Positions 17,742-27,309 of a stretch of DNA of 53,276 nucleotides are shown here, one piece after another. Both the position numbers and the translations under genes were made by a program. This stretch comes from a virus (taxonomy: Duplodnaviria > Caudoviricetes). The DNA lies in IMG/VR virus record IMGVR_UViG_3300034152_000987, positions 1 through 53,276 of that record; one strand, given 5' to 3'. Under the pieces are notes generated by a model. The model was not told the origin of the DNA and did no database searches. It worked only from the letters and a program-made list of their open reading frames with translations. Positions within the stretch are counted from its first letter, which is position 1, and every line of letters starts with the position of its first letter.

Positions 17742-20696
17742 TCATTTCTTTTTGGTCAAAACAGCTTCTGAACAAACCCTGGCGGCGTCGCCTCCTTTTG
17801 CAAATCCCGCGTCAACGCGCTCCCAGGAAGCTCCAGATCTATGCTCTTTCATCAATCCTCCAGAACTGTACATAGTCAATCCTTCCTCCACTTGAGAATC
17901 CTTTTCTATGGCCCTTATTCCATAACCAACCAATATCATTGCTGAATACAAGTCTTTGTTCTGTCCTTTTTTAGGAGTGTCGAAATGCAAAACACCGCTT
18001 GCTTTTTGAGTGACCACTATGTTCAACATCTGTGACTTTAAAACGTTTATGGCTTCAAAAACCCCCGCTTCCACGTCAGACGCAGAAGTTGGAGGCTCTG
18101 GAAACCGCAATTTTTTGTCCTCCAACAAAGACAAAGTGGCGTAGTTCGCGTCGGAAATCCACGATGGAGAAAAATTAACCATCTCCAAAATGTGACGACC
18201 TTCCATTTTTTTGTGATTGTCGTTAGTTATGTCTATGATGGGAACTTCGTCATTGTAACCTTCTTCAAGCAAATCGCAGACGGCTTTGCCTCCACCGCCT
18301 TTGTCCATGTATATTCTTGTTGCGTTGAACTGATCCGACAAACTTTGCACTGCTTTTGCAAGCTCTGGAGTGGTGTTTGTTTTTAGCTCTATTGCGCTAA
18401 CCACTTTATTGGTTTTTCCCAATTTTACAACCACGACTCCACAACTTGCAGATCCTCCCTGATTCGGATCAACCCCCATAATGTAATTCTCACCAGGCTC
18501 CGCTCCCAACTCCACGGAAAATTCGCTTCCGAAAGTGCAAGCCTCCAACAAGGAAGCTTTAAAAAATCCTTCTGAATCAGATATCATGGTGGCTTCGTAT
18601 TCCATTTGGAACCCAGCCTTGGACATGACCCTTTTTGCTTCCATGACGCTGTTCAAATCCAAAAACCCTTCTGGCAAAAACCAATATGGAATTTGATGCA
18701 CCGCGTACTGTGAATTTGAACCGTGTTTTTCCACTTGCTTCCAATAATCTTTCATTCTTTTCCACATGTGATTGAACTTGTAATAACCTGAAGAAGTCAT
18801 TATCATTTTATTCACAGTGCTTTCTTCGAAGTCCTCTTCTGTGGCCAATCCCATTTCTATTAATTTCTTTTGTCTTTGAAGACGTCTGACGTTTTTCATC
18901 GGTTCCAATATTGTGGCGGCCATGGGCCTGATGACCGTGTCCAAAACCGTTGGGTTGACTTGCGCCAACTCGTCAATGCATATTAAATAATAACGAGATC
19001 CTCTAATTTTGGAACCGTCGGCCAGTGGAAGTCCTTCTATGTAAGATCCTGAAAAATCTCCAGAAGATTTAAACGGAAGATAAACGGAGTCAGATCCCCT
19101 CGTTGGTTTTTTCGCAGTGGCCTCTTTCAGTATGGGAGATTTGTCCCATAATTTTTCAACTTCCATAAATATGTTTTTAGAATTATGGTTTATAAATCCA
19201 TTAGCCCAATAACATTCCTCATTTTCTACCTCCATATCCATGGTTGGAGCGAAAAAATAATTAGATTTTACCATTTTTACAAAATACAAACCCTGGTCCA
19301 AATAATCTTTACACTTAAAATAATTGCGCTCCACAATCTCCTGTGGAAGCCCTATAGAGCGAGCCAAACTCTCTTCTTTATCAAAATGACAACATAAATA
19401 ATTTTTCAAGTCAGCGTTTTTTCTCCTGCACCTAAACCCCACTACACCATTGAATTTTTTAATAAACGTTTGTCCGGTTATTCTAATCTTATAACTTTCC
19501 GCGCATTTAGACGGTTTGTTGCCCTGTGGTAATTGTTTAACGCGTTTTTTATTGCCAATCCCTAAATTAGACACAATGCCTAAATTCAATAATACAGATT
19601 GAACTTCCTTAGCTAACTGTAATGATGAGGCGTTGAATGTTATTTCACACGCTTTATTTTTTTGTACATAAACACAACCATCAGTATCAAACAAACCCTG
19701 TAAAAAAGCAATCACATTCTCCTTAGACGCCTTTTTAATAACGTCAGGGATTTTCTTATCCAACGCTATGGTTTTTGTAAACCCACACTTTAACAGGTAC
19801 ATACATAATTTTTTATTGCTAAACTGTAATTCTTTTGTATTATTTCTTCTCTGACACTCTTTTGTTTCTATGCCAAAATATTCTTTTGTATACCTATGAA
19901 AACTGTCTAATAAATCTCTATCTTCATTAACAAAATCTAATCTTGGTTTCTTATCCTTTTTTCTAAACGTAACACAACCATCACCAACCAACAAACCCAT
20001 CCAATAAGCTAAATCTTCAGTTAATAGTTTTGGAACTAAACAATCTTTAGTTCTCCAATCGTGCTCAAACTCATCAAAACTTGGCATGGAATCATTGTTG
20101 CCAAAATAATTAAATCCAGTTTTTATTGCTATGTAATCGTCTTTTACGTCTTGAAGGTCTTTATATACAATATCTGCGTCATCGTCAAGCACTATAATGG
20201 CGTGATCTACAGTGCCAGCCAATTCAAAACCTTTTGTTGTTTTTATTCTTCTACAAGCTCTGTCATCATTCTTCCATTTACTTAGTATTGTATTCTGAGA
20301 CTTAAAAGACTGCGTTTGCGTAATGTTGGGAACAACGCTTTCATACATGTCTTCTGCGCCAACAACCATCCCTGAGGTGGTCCAGAATGTATCATAATTA
20401 TTTGATATAATTAGGCTTTGTCTAAAGACAGGGCCAATTAAACCCACCCTATAACCAGGATACAGCAAACAGCTCAAACAAGCCAACACTCCCAGCATCC
20501 ACGTCTTTCCGCCGCCCCTGCCCATTACGGTGATCGTGTAATTCTTGAACCACATGTCCCTAAACACTATTTTCTGGACTGGAGCGAAATCAACCCCCAA
20601 CAACTCGCTGGCTGCTATGCAAGGGTGTTCTCTGTAAAACTGTATTAAATCAACCCCCCTGTCCAGTATTTTTTCAAGTTGATCGTCGTGCATCAA
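17742..20696 (-). CDS. terL: Terminase large subunit containing an intein (572 aa after splicing)
   Basis: Walker A GRGGGKT, KIRGSR, Walker B LICIDE, motif III MTSSG, RNase H-like YIMGVDP, YMDKGGGG and KDLYSA. Confidence 0.9.
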   Translation of the reverse strand: MMHDDQLEKILDRGVDLIQFYREHPCIAASELLGVDFAPVQKIVFRDMWFKNYTITVMGRGGGKTWMLGVLACLSCLLYPGYRVGLIGPVFRQSLIISNNYDTFWTTSGMVVGAEDMYESVVPNITQTQSFKSQNTILSKWKNDDRACRRIKTTKGFELAGTVDHAIIVLDDDADIVYKDLQDVKDDYIAIKTGFNYFGNNDSMPSFDEFEHDWRTKDCLVPKLLTEDLAYWMGLLVGDGCVTFRKKDKKPRLDFVNEDRDLLDSFHRYTKEYFGIETKECQRRNNTKELQFSNKKLCMYLLKCGFTKTIALDKKIPDVIKKASKENVIAFLQGLFDTDGCVYVQKNKACEITFNASSLQLAKEVQSVLLNLGIVSNLGIGNKKRVKQLPQGNKPSKCAESYKIRITGQTFIKKFNGVVGFRCRRKNADLKNYLCCHFDKEESLARSIGLPQEIVERNYFKCKDYLDQGLYFVKMVKSNYFFAPTMDMEVENEECYWANGFINHNSKNIFMEVEKLWDKSPILKEATAKKPTRGSDSVYLPFKSSGDFSGSYIEGLPLADGSKIRGSRYYLICIDELAQVNPTVLDTVIRPMAATILEPMKNVRRLQRQKKLIEMGLATEEDFEESTVNKMIMTSSGYYKFNHMWKRMKDYWKQVEKHGSNSQYAVHQIPYWFLPEGFLDLNSVMEAKRVMSKAGFQMEYEATMISDSEGFFKASLLEACTFGSEFSVELGAEPGENYIMGVDPNQGGSASCGVVVVKLGKTNKVVSAIELKTNTTPELAKAVQSLSDQFNATRIYMDKGGGGKAVCDLLEEGYNDEVPIIDITNDNHKKMEGRHILEMVNFSPSWISDANYATLSLLEDKKLRFPEPPTSASDVEAGVFEAINVLKSQMLNIVVTQKASGVLHFDTPKKGQNKDLYSAMILVGYGIRAIEKDSQVEEGLTMYSSGGLMKEHRSGASWERVDAGFAKGGDAARVCSEAVLTKKK
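19182..20417 (-). mobile_element. LAGLIDADG intein in terminase (412 aa, Ser1...His-Asn / Ser+1)
   Basis: Exteins rejoin as VFRQ|SKNIF; block B GTVDH, endonuclease motifs MGLLVGDG and LQGLFDTDG, terminal YWANGFINHN; TA-rich relative to the flanks. Confidence 0.9.
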
Positions 20697-21229
20697 TTGT
20701 CTTCTTCCTCGTCTTTTGTCGTTTCTGCGTCATATTTGTTCCCGTCATACTCCGACAACATTTCTGACATTTCTTCTTCCGCTTTTCCATCCAGTTTATT
20801 GAACTTTTCCATCAACTCTTTCTTTCTGGTGTCATCAAACGCGACCGCCAAATCAACGATTGAAAAACCTTTGTACTTGTTTGGATCTATTCTGTCTCTT
20901 CTTCTCACTGACAAACTGCCCTTGATTTTCTCAGTTTGTTTCCTTAGCTTGTCTATCGCCGTTGTGGCTTCAAGCTGATTGTTGTAGTTGTCTTTGCTGT
21001 TCTTCAACAATCTCAATTCAAGTATCTTGTTGGTCGCAAGAGTCATTATGTCATCCATGTCTCCGGAAGTAAGCTCCTCATCTTCAAAATCATTCACGTA
21101 AATGTCAACCAAATTGTTGTACAACGTCTCTTCCTCTTCACTGAAAATGTCTTTTATAGGAACGAATTCCTTTAACATTTCTTTAATTTTTGGCGGATTT
21201 TTTGGCCGGCCGGGCCCCCTCTTAGCCAT
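20693..21229 (-). CDS. Probable terminase small subunit
   Basis: 178 aa, overlaps the terL start, N-terminal AT-hook-like KRGPGRPK, helical; assigned by synteny. Confidence 0.5.
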   Translation of the reverse strand: MAKRGPGRPKNPPKIKEMLKEFVPIKDIFSEEEETLYNNLVDIYVNDFEDEELTSGDMDDIMTLATNKILELRLLKNSKDNYNNQLEATTAIDKLRKQTEKIKGSLSVRRRDRIDPNKYKGFSIVDLAVAFDDTRKKELMEKFNKLDGKAEEEMSEMLSEYDGNKYDAETTKDEEEDN

Positions 21230-21651
21230 CAGTAATTTAGATCCTCCAATATCAATTCCATGTCGATTCCATACTTGTCAACGACGTCTTTTATAATAAT
21301 CAACACTTCCGGAGTTAAACCGTGCCCAAATTTGTCTATGTCATAACCGCAACATATTTCCAAACCGTTGTGGGTCTTCAGTCTTCTTTCAGTGACTATG
21401 TCTTTGAAATCGTCTATGTTGTCTTTTCTGTCCATTATCCAAGAGCATAAATCATCGTCATCGGTTCTGCAATACCTGTCTATCAATTCATTGCTTATGG
21501 AATTGAGCTCTCTAAAATAAAAAAGCAATGACTTGGAAATTTTGTCTTTGGTTGCCTGACTGTGACATTGGCCAGTTCTGGATTTGCTGATGGCGAGCTT
21601 GCTTTCCTCACTCAGCTTGAATCCAATCGGCCTACCCACTCTTCCTCTCAT
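21229..21651 (-). CDS. NUMOD3-motif DNA-binding protein
   Basis: KLSEESKLAISKSRTG.HSQATKDKISKS NUMOD3-like repeats; no nuclease motif seen. Confidence 0.55.
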   Translation of the reverse strand: MRGRVGRPIGFKLSEESKLAISKSRTGQCHSQATKDKISKSLLFYFRELNSISNELIDRYCRTDDDDLCSWIMDRKDNIDDFKDIVTERRLKTHNGLEICCGYDIDKFGHGLTPEVLIIIKDVVDKYGIDMELILEDLNY

Positions 21652-21682
21652 TTTTCAACCACACCTCCTGCGCAGCGCAACT

Positions 21683-21946
21683 TCACAAAGGATTGACTGA
21701 AACGTACTTTTTGCATTCGTTGCATATCATTCCAATCGCGTTCACTGGGACCATGGTTTCGTAACCGCACACCGAGCATTTGACGCGCGCGTGTTTTTTC
21801 GGTCTTTGTGGTTTTGAAAAAGTGAACGGCAAATTTTTGCAATCATCCGCAAATTTGCTGTCTCTGTGAATTTTGCTTCTGTGTTTTTCCAAACCTCCTT
21901 CAGGAATCCACCTTCTAGAAGTGGATCCCGGACTCAATTCTGGCAT
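21683..21946 (-). CDS. Small Zn-ribbon protein
   Basis: 87 aa with CSVC and CNEC pairs and a GGAGG SD. Confidence 0.55.
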   Translation of the reverse strand: MPELSPGSTSRRWIPEGGLEKHRSKIHRDSKFADDCKNLPFTFSKPQRPKKHARVKCSVCGYETMVPVNAIGMICNECKKYVSVNPL

Positions 21947-21948
21947 GA

Positions 21949-22509
21949 TTACCTCCTATAATCAACAGCAACGAATCTTTTTGACGCTATGTAATCCGAC
22001 AAGTACACGCACATTTCTTCAGCCGTGTATTCCGACAAATCCTTCTTCCATTTGTCGGTGCTCCACAAACCGTAATGAAAACCAACGCAATTCTTAATCA
22101 TGCTGTATGATTTTGGCGTTAACATTTGAGTGTCCTTGTAAATTTTGATCACCAACTCGGCCGCCAAATCAGGATGATTGTTGACAGTGTGACCTGTTCT
22201 TTCAACCCCCTGTTTCAACAAATCATGCACTATGCAGGCGCTAAGTATTTCATCCCTGTTGGCTTCACATCCCAAAGCCTTGCACAGCTCATAAGCCACC
22301 GTGAACATTTTTTTTGTGTGTATTAAAGTGCCGTCCCAACCCAACTCGTCCAACGGATGAAATTTTCCAGTGCTTGACGCCGGGCAATTGGTAAAAACGT
22401 AATCAGGGCATTTCAACAAACACAATTTTGTGAACTCTCTCACGCTGTCATCAATGATGAGAGCCAACTCTTTTTCAAAAACTTTGCATCTTTCTTCATA
22501 AGAAACCAT
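21949..22509 (-). CDS. HD-domain phosphohydrolase
   Basis: PASSTGKFH, LIHT, VHDLLK, NHP, FHYG and LSDY motifs. Confidence 0.8.
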   Translation of the reverse strand: MVSYEERCKVFEKELALIIDDSVREFTKLCLLKCPDYVFTNCPASSTGKFHPLDELGWDGTLIHTKKMFTVAYELCKALGCEANRDEILSACIVHDLLKQGVERTGHTVNNHPDLAAELVIKIYKDTQMLTPKSYSMIKNCVGFHYGLWSTDKWKKDLSEYTAEEMCVYLSDYIASKRFVAVDYRR

Positions 22510-22756
22510 TGTTCAATCCTTTCCTCAACGTCCTTTTAAAGTAACGTCGTCTCTGTCCAACCTGATCCTCTCCACTCTTGTTGAATCATGATTCGGGTTG
22601 TAACCCGGTTGGGGAAAACGACCGTGTCTGTAACTCCTTTTAAACTGGCTGTAATCCATGAACCTGGCCCTTTGGTTGGGAATTCCGGCTATGGTGTATC
22701 TTTCTCTCATTCTTATCCATCTCGGTTTTTTAAAATCCTCTATGGACATTGGCATT

Positions 22757-23035
22757 TTATTTGTCTTCCCTTTCTTGAAGTCTGGAATATTCTTCTTTGT
22801 AACTCTCCACAACTTCGTTGGGCTTCATTTCATTCGCTTTAAGAGTGTCCATCAAATCCATTGCGAAAGACGGTATTGACTCACCGCTTTCCCACTCAAC
22901 CGACACGGTCATGTAAACCTTGTCATTAACTTTGGACACCAGTCTAGCGCTGTTGTATCCGTCTTTGGATCTGCTAATGGATGAATACATGATTTCATCC
23001 GCTCCAATCTTTATCGTCAACCCCTTGCTAGCCAT
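22757..23035 (-). CDS. Hypothetical protein
   Basis: 92 aa ORF with GGAGG SD in operon. Confidence 0.55.
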   Translation of the reverse strand: MASKGLTIKIGADEIMYSSISRSKDGYNSARLVSKVNDKVYMTVSVEWESGESIPSFAMDLMDTLKANEMKPNEVVESYKEEYSRLQEREDK

Positions 23036-23039
23036 AACG

Positions 23040-23660
23040 TCATCCTCCTAATTTTTTTTGCTTGCTCACAACGTCGTCCACTATTGCTTTGGCTTCTCTC
23101 TTTAAATCTTCAAAAGTCCCGTCATTGTGAACAACGTAATCAATTCTAACGTCAACGCCGTCCAAACTCGTTTCCGATTCATGATCTCCACCGTGAATTT
23201 TATCAGGGAAATCTCTGTAAACTCTAACGTGACAACCTCCCATTTCAAGCACTGGCAATATCTCGTTTGGATACCTGCCATCCGTTATGATTGCGTTTTC
23301 AGGAATGGTTGAAAACAATTTGCGAACCCAAAAATTTGGATCTATTGATCTGTAAAAAGCCCCGTACTCCTGCATTATTTCCCTAGGAGTCCAGTAGTCT
23401 TCTGGGTTGCTTGAAAGACCGAACCCTCTTTTAAAATATTCGGTCATTTTTTCTTTTTCGTTTCCCCACAGCTGTTCGTAAGTCAAACCAAAATCTCTCT
23501 GAACCATTTCTTTAAGAACCCCAGCGTAAGCCACGCTGCCAAAATTCAAATTGCAATCATTTCTAAAAATTTCTCTTAAATAACCTCCCAACGTGTCCTT
23601 GCCCACTCTCGCTCTACCGGAAATGACAATCACAATTCCCATGACCAATCTCCTTCCCAT
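23040..23660 (-). CDS. Deoxynucleoside monophosphate kinase
   Basis: ISGRARVGKDT P-loop, PREIMQ, IITDGRYPNE and HESET, typical of T4 gp1-like dNMP kinases. Confidence 0.85.
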   Translation of the reverse strand: MGRRLVMGIVIVISGRARVGKDTLGGYLREIFRNDCNLNFGSVAYAGVLKEMVQRDFGLTYEQLWGNEKEKMTEYFKRGFGLSSNPEDYWTPREIMQEYGAFYRSIDPNFWVRKLFSTIPENAIITDGRYPNEILPVLEMGGCHVRVYRDFPDKIHGGDHESETSLDGVDVRIDYVVHNDGTFEDLKREAKAIVDDVVSKQKKLGG

Positions 23661-24112
23661 CGTTGTTTCTCACAAACCAGAACTAAATTCTTTTTTCATT
23701 TTATCAACCATTGGTTCTTTGAAGAACGTCGTTCAATTTGTCCAAAACTTTCTTGAATTTCTTTTGATTGTTTCTCCACACAAGGAACCACACCACCGTT
23801 GACGCAGCAAACCCGGACAAAAAACAAATCATTCCATCCATGATCAAAACCCCCTATATTTTAAATTTTTTAAACTCCCTCACGCTTTTCTGTATTTCCG
23901 TTTCAAACTTCTTCAATTGTCTTTTCACTTCAGCTTCAGAAGCAATGAGGGTTTTTCCTGCGTCGTCCACAGCGTCTTTCAAATCCCCAAGCTTGTTTCT
24001 GTCAATCTTCATAAACTTCACCACGTATTCTGAGCATTCAAAATCAGGTTTCTCGGAACATTTTTTCTTTCCGTTTTCACAAAAACATTCCACAAAACCT
24101 TCTTCGTCAAAC

Positions 24113-24601
24113 TTAACCCACATCTTCTTCGTTATCATCAACTTCTTCCTGTTCCAGCGATTCTTTGTTTTGTATTGAAACGTTCCACCCGTGATTGTCC
24201 AAAATTTTGTTCAGATTGACCAACTCAGCGGACAATTTGTCTTTGTCTTCAATCAACGAATACAAATCAAACGTCACTCTTGAATCGGTGAGCTTGCACG
24301 TTTTTATCAAATCTGACAAAACGTTTATCCTAAACTCCAAAGAATTTCTAAGCTCTATTACGTTCGACATTTTTGTTTTTGAATTGCCAACGTTTATTTC
24401 CACTGTGTTTATGAGATTGTTTATCAACATGTTTTTCGACTGATTCCGCTCCACGCAATCGAACAATTCCCTTAAAACTTGTTGCGCCTTGTTTTGATCG
24501 GAAAACTTGCCTGTGTCGGCAATGAACAAAAGATGCTCTTTAAGCTCCTCTATTTTTTTTGACAACGCGTTTCTGTCATAAATCAACTCAGCTAAAAACA
24601 T
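24113..24601 (-). CDS. Hypothetical coiled-coil protein
   Basis: 162 aa, helical, starts MFLAEL. Confidence 0.55.
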   Translation of the reverse strand: MFLAELIYDRNALSKKIEELKEHLLFIADTGKFSDQNKAQQVLRELFDCVERNQSKNMLINNLINTVEINVGNSKTKMSNVIELRNSLEFRINVLSDLIKTCKLTDSRVTFDLYSLIEDKDKLSAELVNLNKILDNHGWNVSIQNKESLEQEEVDDNEEDVG

Positions 24602-24651
24602 TGTTTATCTCCCCTTTGATTCGTTTAGTAGTTGTTCATCAACAATCTACT

Positions 24652-25425
24652 TTATTCTAAAAAAGTCCCGCAACGAGAACAAAATTCCGCTGTAGATTTT
24701 GATTTTTTGCCGCAAGTTGGGCAGGTCAATTTAGATCGTACAGTCATCGGTTTTCCAACCAAACCGCCGTTTCTTTTAATCCCTCTAAGCCTGATGACTA
24801 TGACTGAGGATTTTGACTCAACGGAACCGACGTAACCGCGATCAAATTCTTGGTTAGTTCTCGATCCTTTGACAGTGATTCCTTCATCGTCATTTGGAAA
24901 TCCCAACCCAGTCACAGACGAGTTGTCGCAAAAACAACAAGTCGTCGTGTCGCAGTTTGAATAAAAACCGCTTCCAACGGAGCCGACGGAACCAGAATCC
25001 CAACTTCTGCCGAGTAGGTCAACTCCTACGAACCAATGCGGGTAATAATAATAAGTCGCTTGACACGGCCAAGCTTCTTCCTTTTCGTGTCTAAACTCAA
25101 CTCTAATCACCCCGTCGTCAATTCTATCTCCTCTGTAATCAGAAATCTCCTTGGTTTTTTCAATGAATCTGAATCTGTTGGTTGCTTTCCTTCCATTCAA
25201 AAATCCTTGTAGCTCACTGGTTGAATTTGGTTGAACTATTAAGGATTGACCGTCAAGCGCGTCTTCACCGTCAACGTCAACGTTGACGATGGCTTTTCTC
25301 GATTCTAGATTTTTGAACAACAGAGAATACTCTGATCCAAAAGGCACGTTGACCACTCCGTTTCGTTCCCTCAAAACTTTGCCTTTGCTTTTCACAACGG
25401 CAACGAAATTTTTCTTAAACGTCAT
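24652..25425 (-). CDS. Hypothetical protein with C-terminal zinc ribbon
   Basis: 257 aa with AGGAGG SD; ends CPTCG...FCSRCGT. Confidence 0.7.
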   Translation of the reverse strand: MTFKKNFVAVVKSKGKVLRERNGVVNVPFGSEYSLLFKNLESRKAIVNVDVDGEDALDGQSLIVQPNSTSELQGFLNGRKATNRFRFIEKTKEISDYRGDRIDDGVIRVEFRHEKEEAWPCQATYYYYPHWFVGVDLLGRSWDSGSVGSVGSGFYSNCDTTTCCFCDNSSVTGLGFPNDDEGITVKGSRTNQEFDRGYVGSVESKSSVIVIRLRGIKRNGGLVGKPMTVRSKLTCPTCGKKSKSTAEFCSRCGTFLE

Positions 25426-25523
25426 AATAAGTTCCTCCTTCTAAGGCCTGTTGACTGCTGGCCTGAATTTGTTTTAAGTCAACTGGATTGATATTATGAT
25501 GAACAACTACTCTCATTCCAAAT

Positions 25524-25745
25524 TTACTTGTCTGCCTTTTTTACCGCCACCGCTTGAACTCCTTTGTCAGTTTCGCTGAGCTCAAAAGTGACTTCTTGTC
25601 CGGCTTTCAAAGTTTTGTATCCATCCATTTCTATCGAAGAAAAATGAACGAAATACTCCTCGTCCTCACTTCCGTCTTTTAAAACAAAACCGTAACCCCT
25701 GTCATTGCTAAACCATTTAACAACCCCATTAAGTCTAGTACCCAT
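25524..25745 (-). CDS. csp: Cold-shock domain RNA chaperone
   Basis: GVVKWFSNDRGYGFV (RNP1), YFVHFSSI (RNP2), GYKTLKAGQEV. Confidence 0.93.
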   Translation of the reverse strand: MGTRLNGVVKWFSNDRGYGFVLKDGSEDEEYFVHFSSIEMDGYKTLKAGQEVTFELSETDKGVQAVAVKKADK

Positions 25746-25772
25746 AATTCTCTAATTCCTCCCTTGTTTTTT

Positions 25773-26507
25773 TTAACCGAGAACAACTAAAAACTTGTAG
25801 TTGTTCGGTATTGTGTAAACGTTGTTGTTCTGAGGATCTATGAAATAAAACCTCCGATCTTTGGTCACGCACCCATTTAAAGCGTGTATGTAAGTGGTCC
25901 CGTTCTTTGGAAACGACACCCAAACAATGAACGTCGCCATTTTGGCCAACTCATAATCCAAATTCCAAACCCCTTTGGCGGCAAAAGAAAAGTTTCCACA
26001 GTCAAATCCAGGAAATCTGTACTCAAAGCTGGATATTTTGAAAACCCTCATCTGAGCCACCAACAAGTTGACGTCGGCGGGCGAATATTCTTGATCTTCC
26101 AACAACCAATGATCCACCCTTTTGTAACCTATTGCCGCGGAAACCATCTGCGAAGTTATTTTTGAGATCACTGGGCTCGGATCTGGATCCGGTTGAGGCG
26201 TTGGATCCGGAATGATTATTTTTTTCTTATCAAAAAAATCATCGTTGAACAAACCGAATTTGTCCTCAAACCTGTCTTTCCAACTGTCAAACAAATCGTT
26301 TTTGAACATTCCCCACTTGTCACTGAAATCAAGCTCCGTTCCAGACGGACGCGCCACGTTCTTTGACAACGACTCCTCGCTTACGGAAGGGGGAGCCAGA
26401 ACTCCTTTATACTCTTTTGCTATTTCTTGTGATTTTAATATAAGTCTAGTCCTAACGCCCCCCCGTTTTCCAAAACTTTCAACTTTGTCCAATAAACTTA
26501 AGCTCAT
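25773..26507 (-). CDS. Protein with papain/transglutaminase-like (agglutinin C-terminal) domain
   Basis: FDCGNFS...HALN...FIDPQ Cys-His-Asp pattern after a PDPTPQPDPDP linker. Confidence 0.55.
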   Translation of the reverse strand: MSLSLLDKVESFGKRGGVRTRLILKSQEIAKEYKGVLAPPSVSEESLSKNVARPSGTELDFSDKWGMFKNDLFDSWKDRFEDKFGLFNDDFFDKKKIIIPDPTPQPDPDPSPVISKITSQMVSAAIGYKRVDHWLLEDQEYSPADVNLLVAQMRVFKISSFEYRFPGFDCGNFSFAAKGVWNLDYELAKMATFIVWVSFPKNGTTYIHALNGCVTKDRRFYFIDPQNNNVYTIPNNYKFLVVLG

Positions 26508-26520
26508 CGCTTGTCCTCTG

Positions 26521-27282
26521 TTAATTTAGTTGAAACCCTTGTTCTCCATTGTCGTTAAAAAAATTAGTCATGAATTGATCAACCGACGGGTCTTGACCCC
26601 AATCTCCAGGACACAACCCTTCTATGCCCTCAAACTCGTCCACCGGAGAAGCCGGGTTAAGATCGTCGTCAGTGATTTGAAACACAAATTCGTTCACGTC
26701 GCCAGTGGCTCTGAATCTGTCCACGTTTTCGTTGAACTCAAAAGAAAAAGTTCCGTCGTCGTTTTCGGTTCTCAAACACTGCCTCTCGATCAATTCCGCG
26801 GAAGCTCTTGCGTTAGAAGCGTTCGCAATTGACAGAGCGAAATTCACTCCTTCTGGGTTCAGCCCGTCAAAAGTCGTGGAATTCAAGCTTTCCACCGACC
26901 TGGCGTTGAGAGATCCTTGAACCGCGGTTTGAGCCCCTTCAGAATTCGTGAAAACGGATCTTGCGGCAGCCTCTTCCCAATCAAAATTGCCTATCAACAA
27001 AGCCCCTTGCCCGGTCGCTTCCGTGACGTAAACCCCGTCCTGCTCTCCAAAATTGACTGACACGTTTCCCATGCTTATGGCGTTCAACTTGGTTCTGTGC
27101 CTTTCTTGAAAAGCCGGCCTGCCTCCGTCAGTGGTCCCAGAATCGTTGGTGGCGGACTCAACGCTGACAGATCCGTTGTTAACCACGGTGGAGAAAATTT
27201 TGTCAGCGTCTGCTGACGCTGTTCCCGTCAAAAGAAAAAACCCCAACAAACTCCCAAAAATTAAATTTAATGCTTTTTTCAT
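26521..27282 (-). CDS. Secreted hypothetical protein
   Basis: 253 aa with signal peptide MKKALNLIFGSLLGFFLLTGTASA; acidic. Confidence 0.6.
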   Translation of the reverse strand: MKKALNLIFGSLLGFFLLTGTASADADKIFSTVVNNGSVSVESATNDSGTTDGGRPAFQERHRTKLNAISMGNVSVNFGEQDGVYVTEATGQGALLIGNFDWEEAAARSVFTNSEGAQTAVQGSLNARSVESLNSTTFDGLNPEGVNFALSIANASNARASAELIERQCLRTENDDGTFSFEFNENVDRFRATGDVNEFVFQITDDDLNPASPVDEFEGIEGLCPGDWGQDPSVDQFMTNFFNDNGEQGFQLN

Positions 27283-27309
27283 TCCTTTACCTCCTATTCC
27301 TTTAACTAA

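Noticed and set aside
21229-21651. Another homing endonuclease
   Set aside because: Only NUMOD3-like repeats are visible; no GIY-YIG, HNH or LAGLIDADG catalytic motif.
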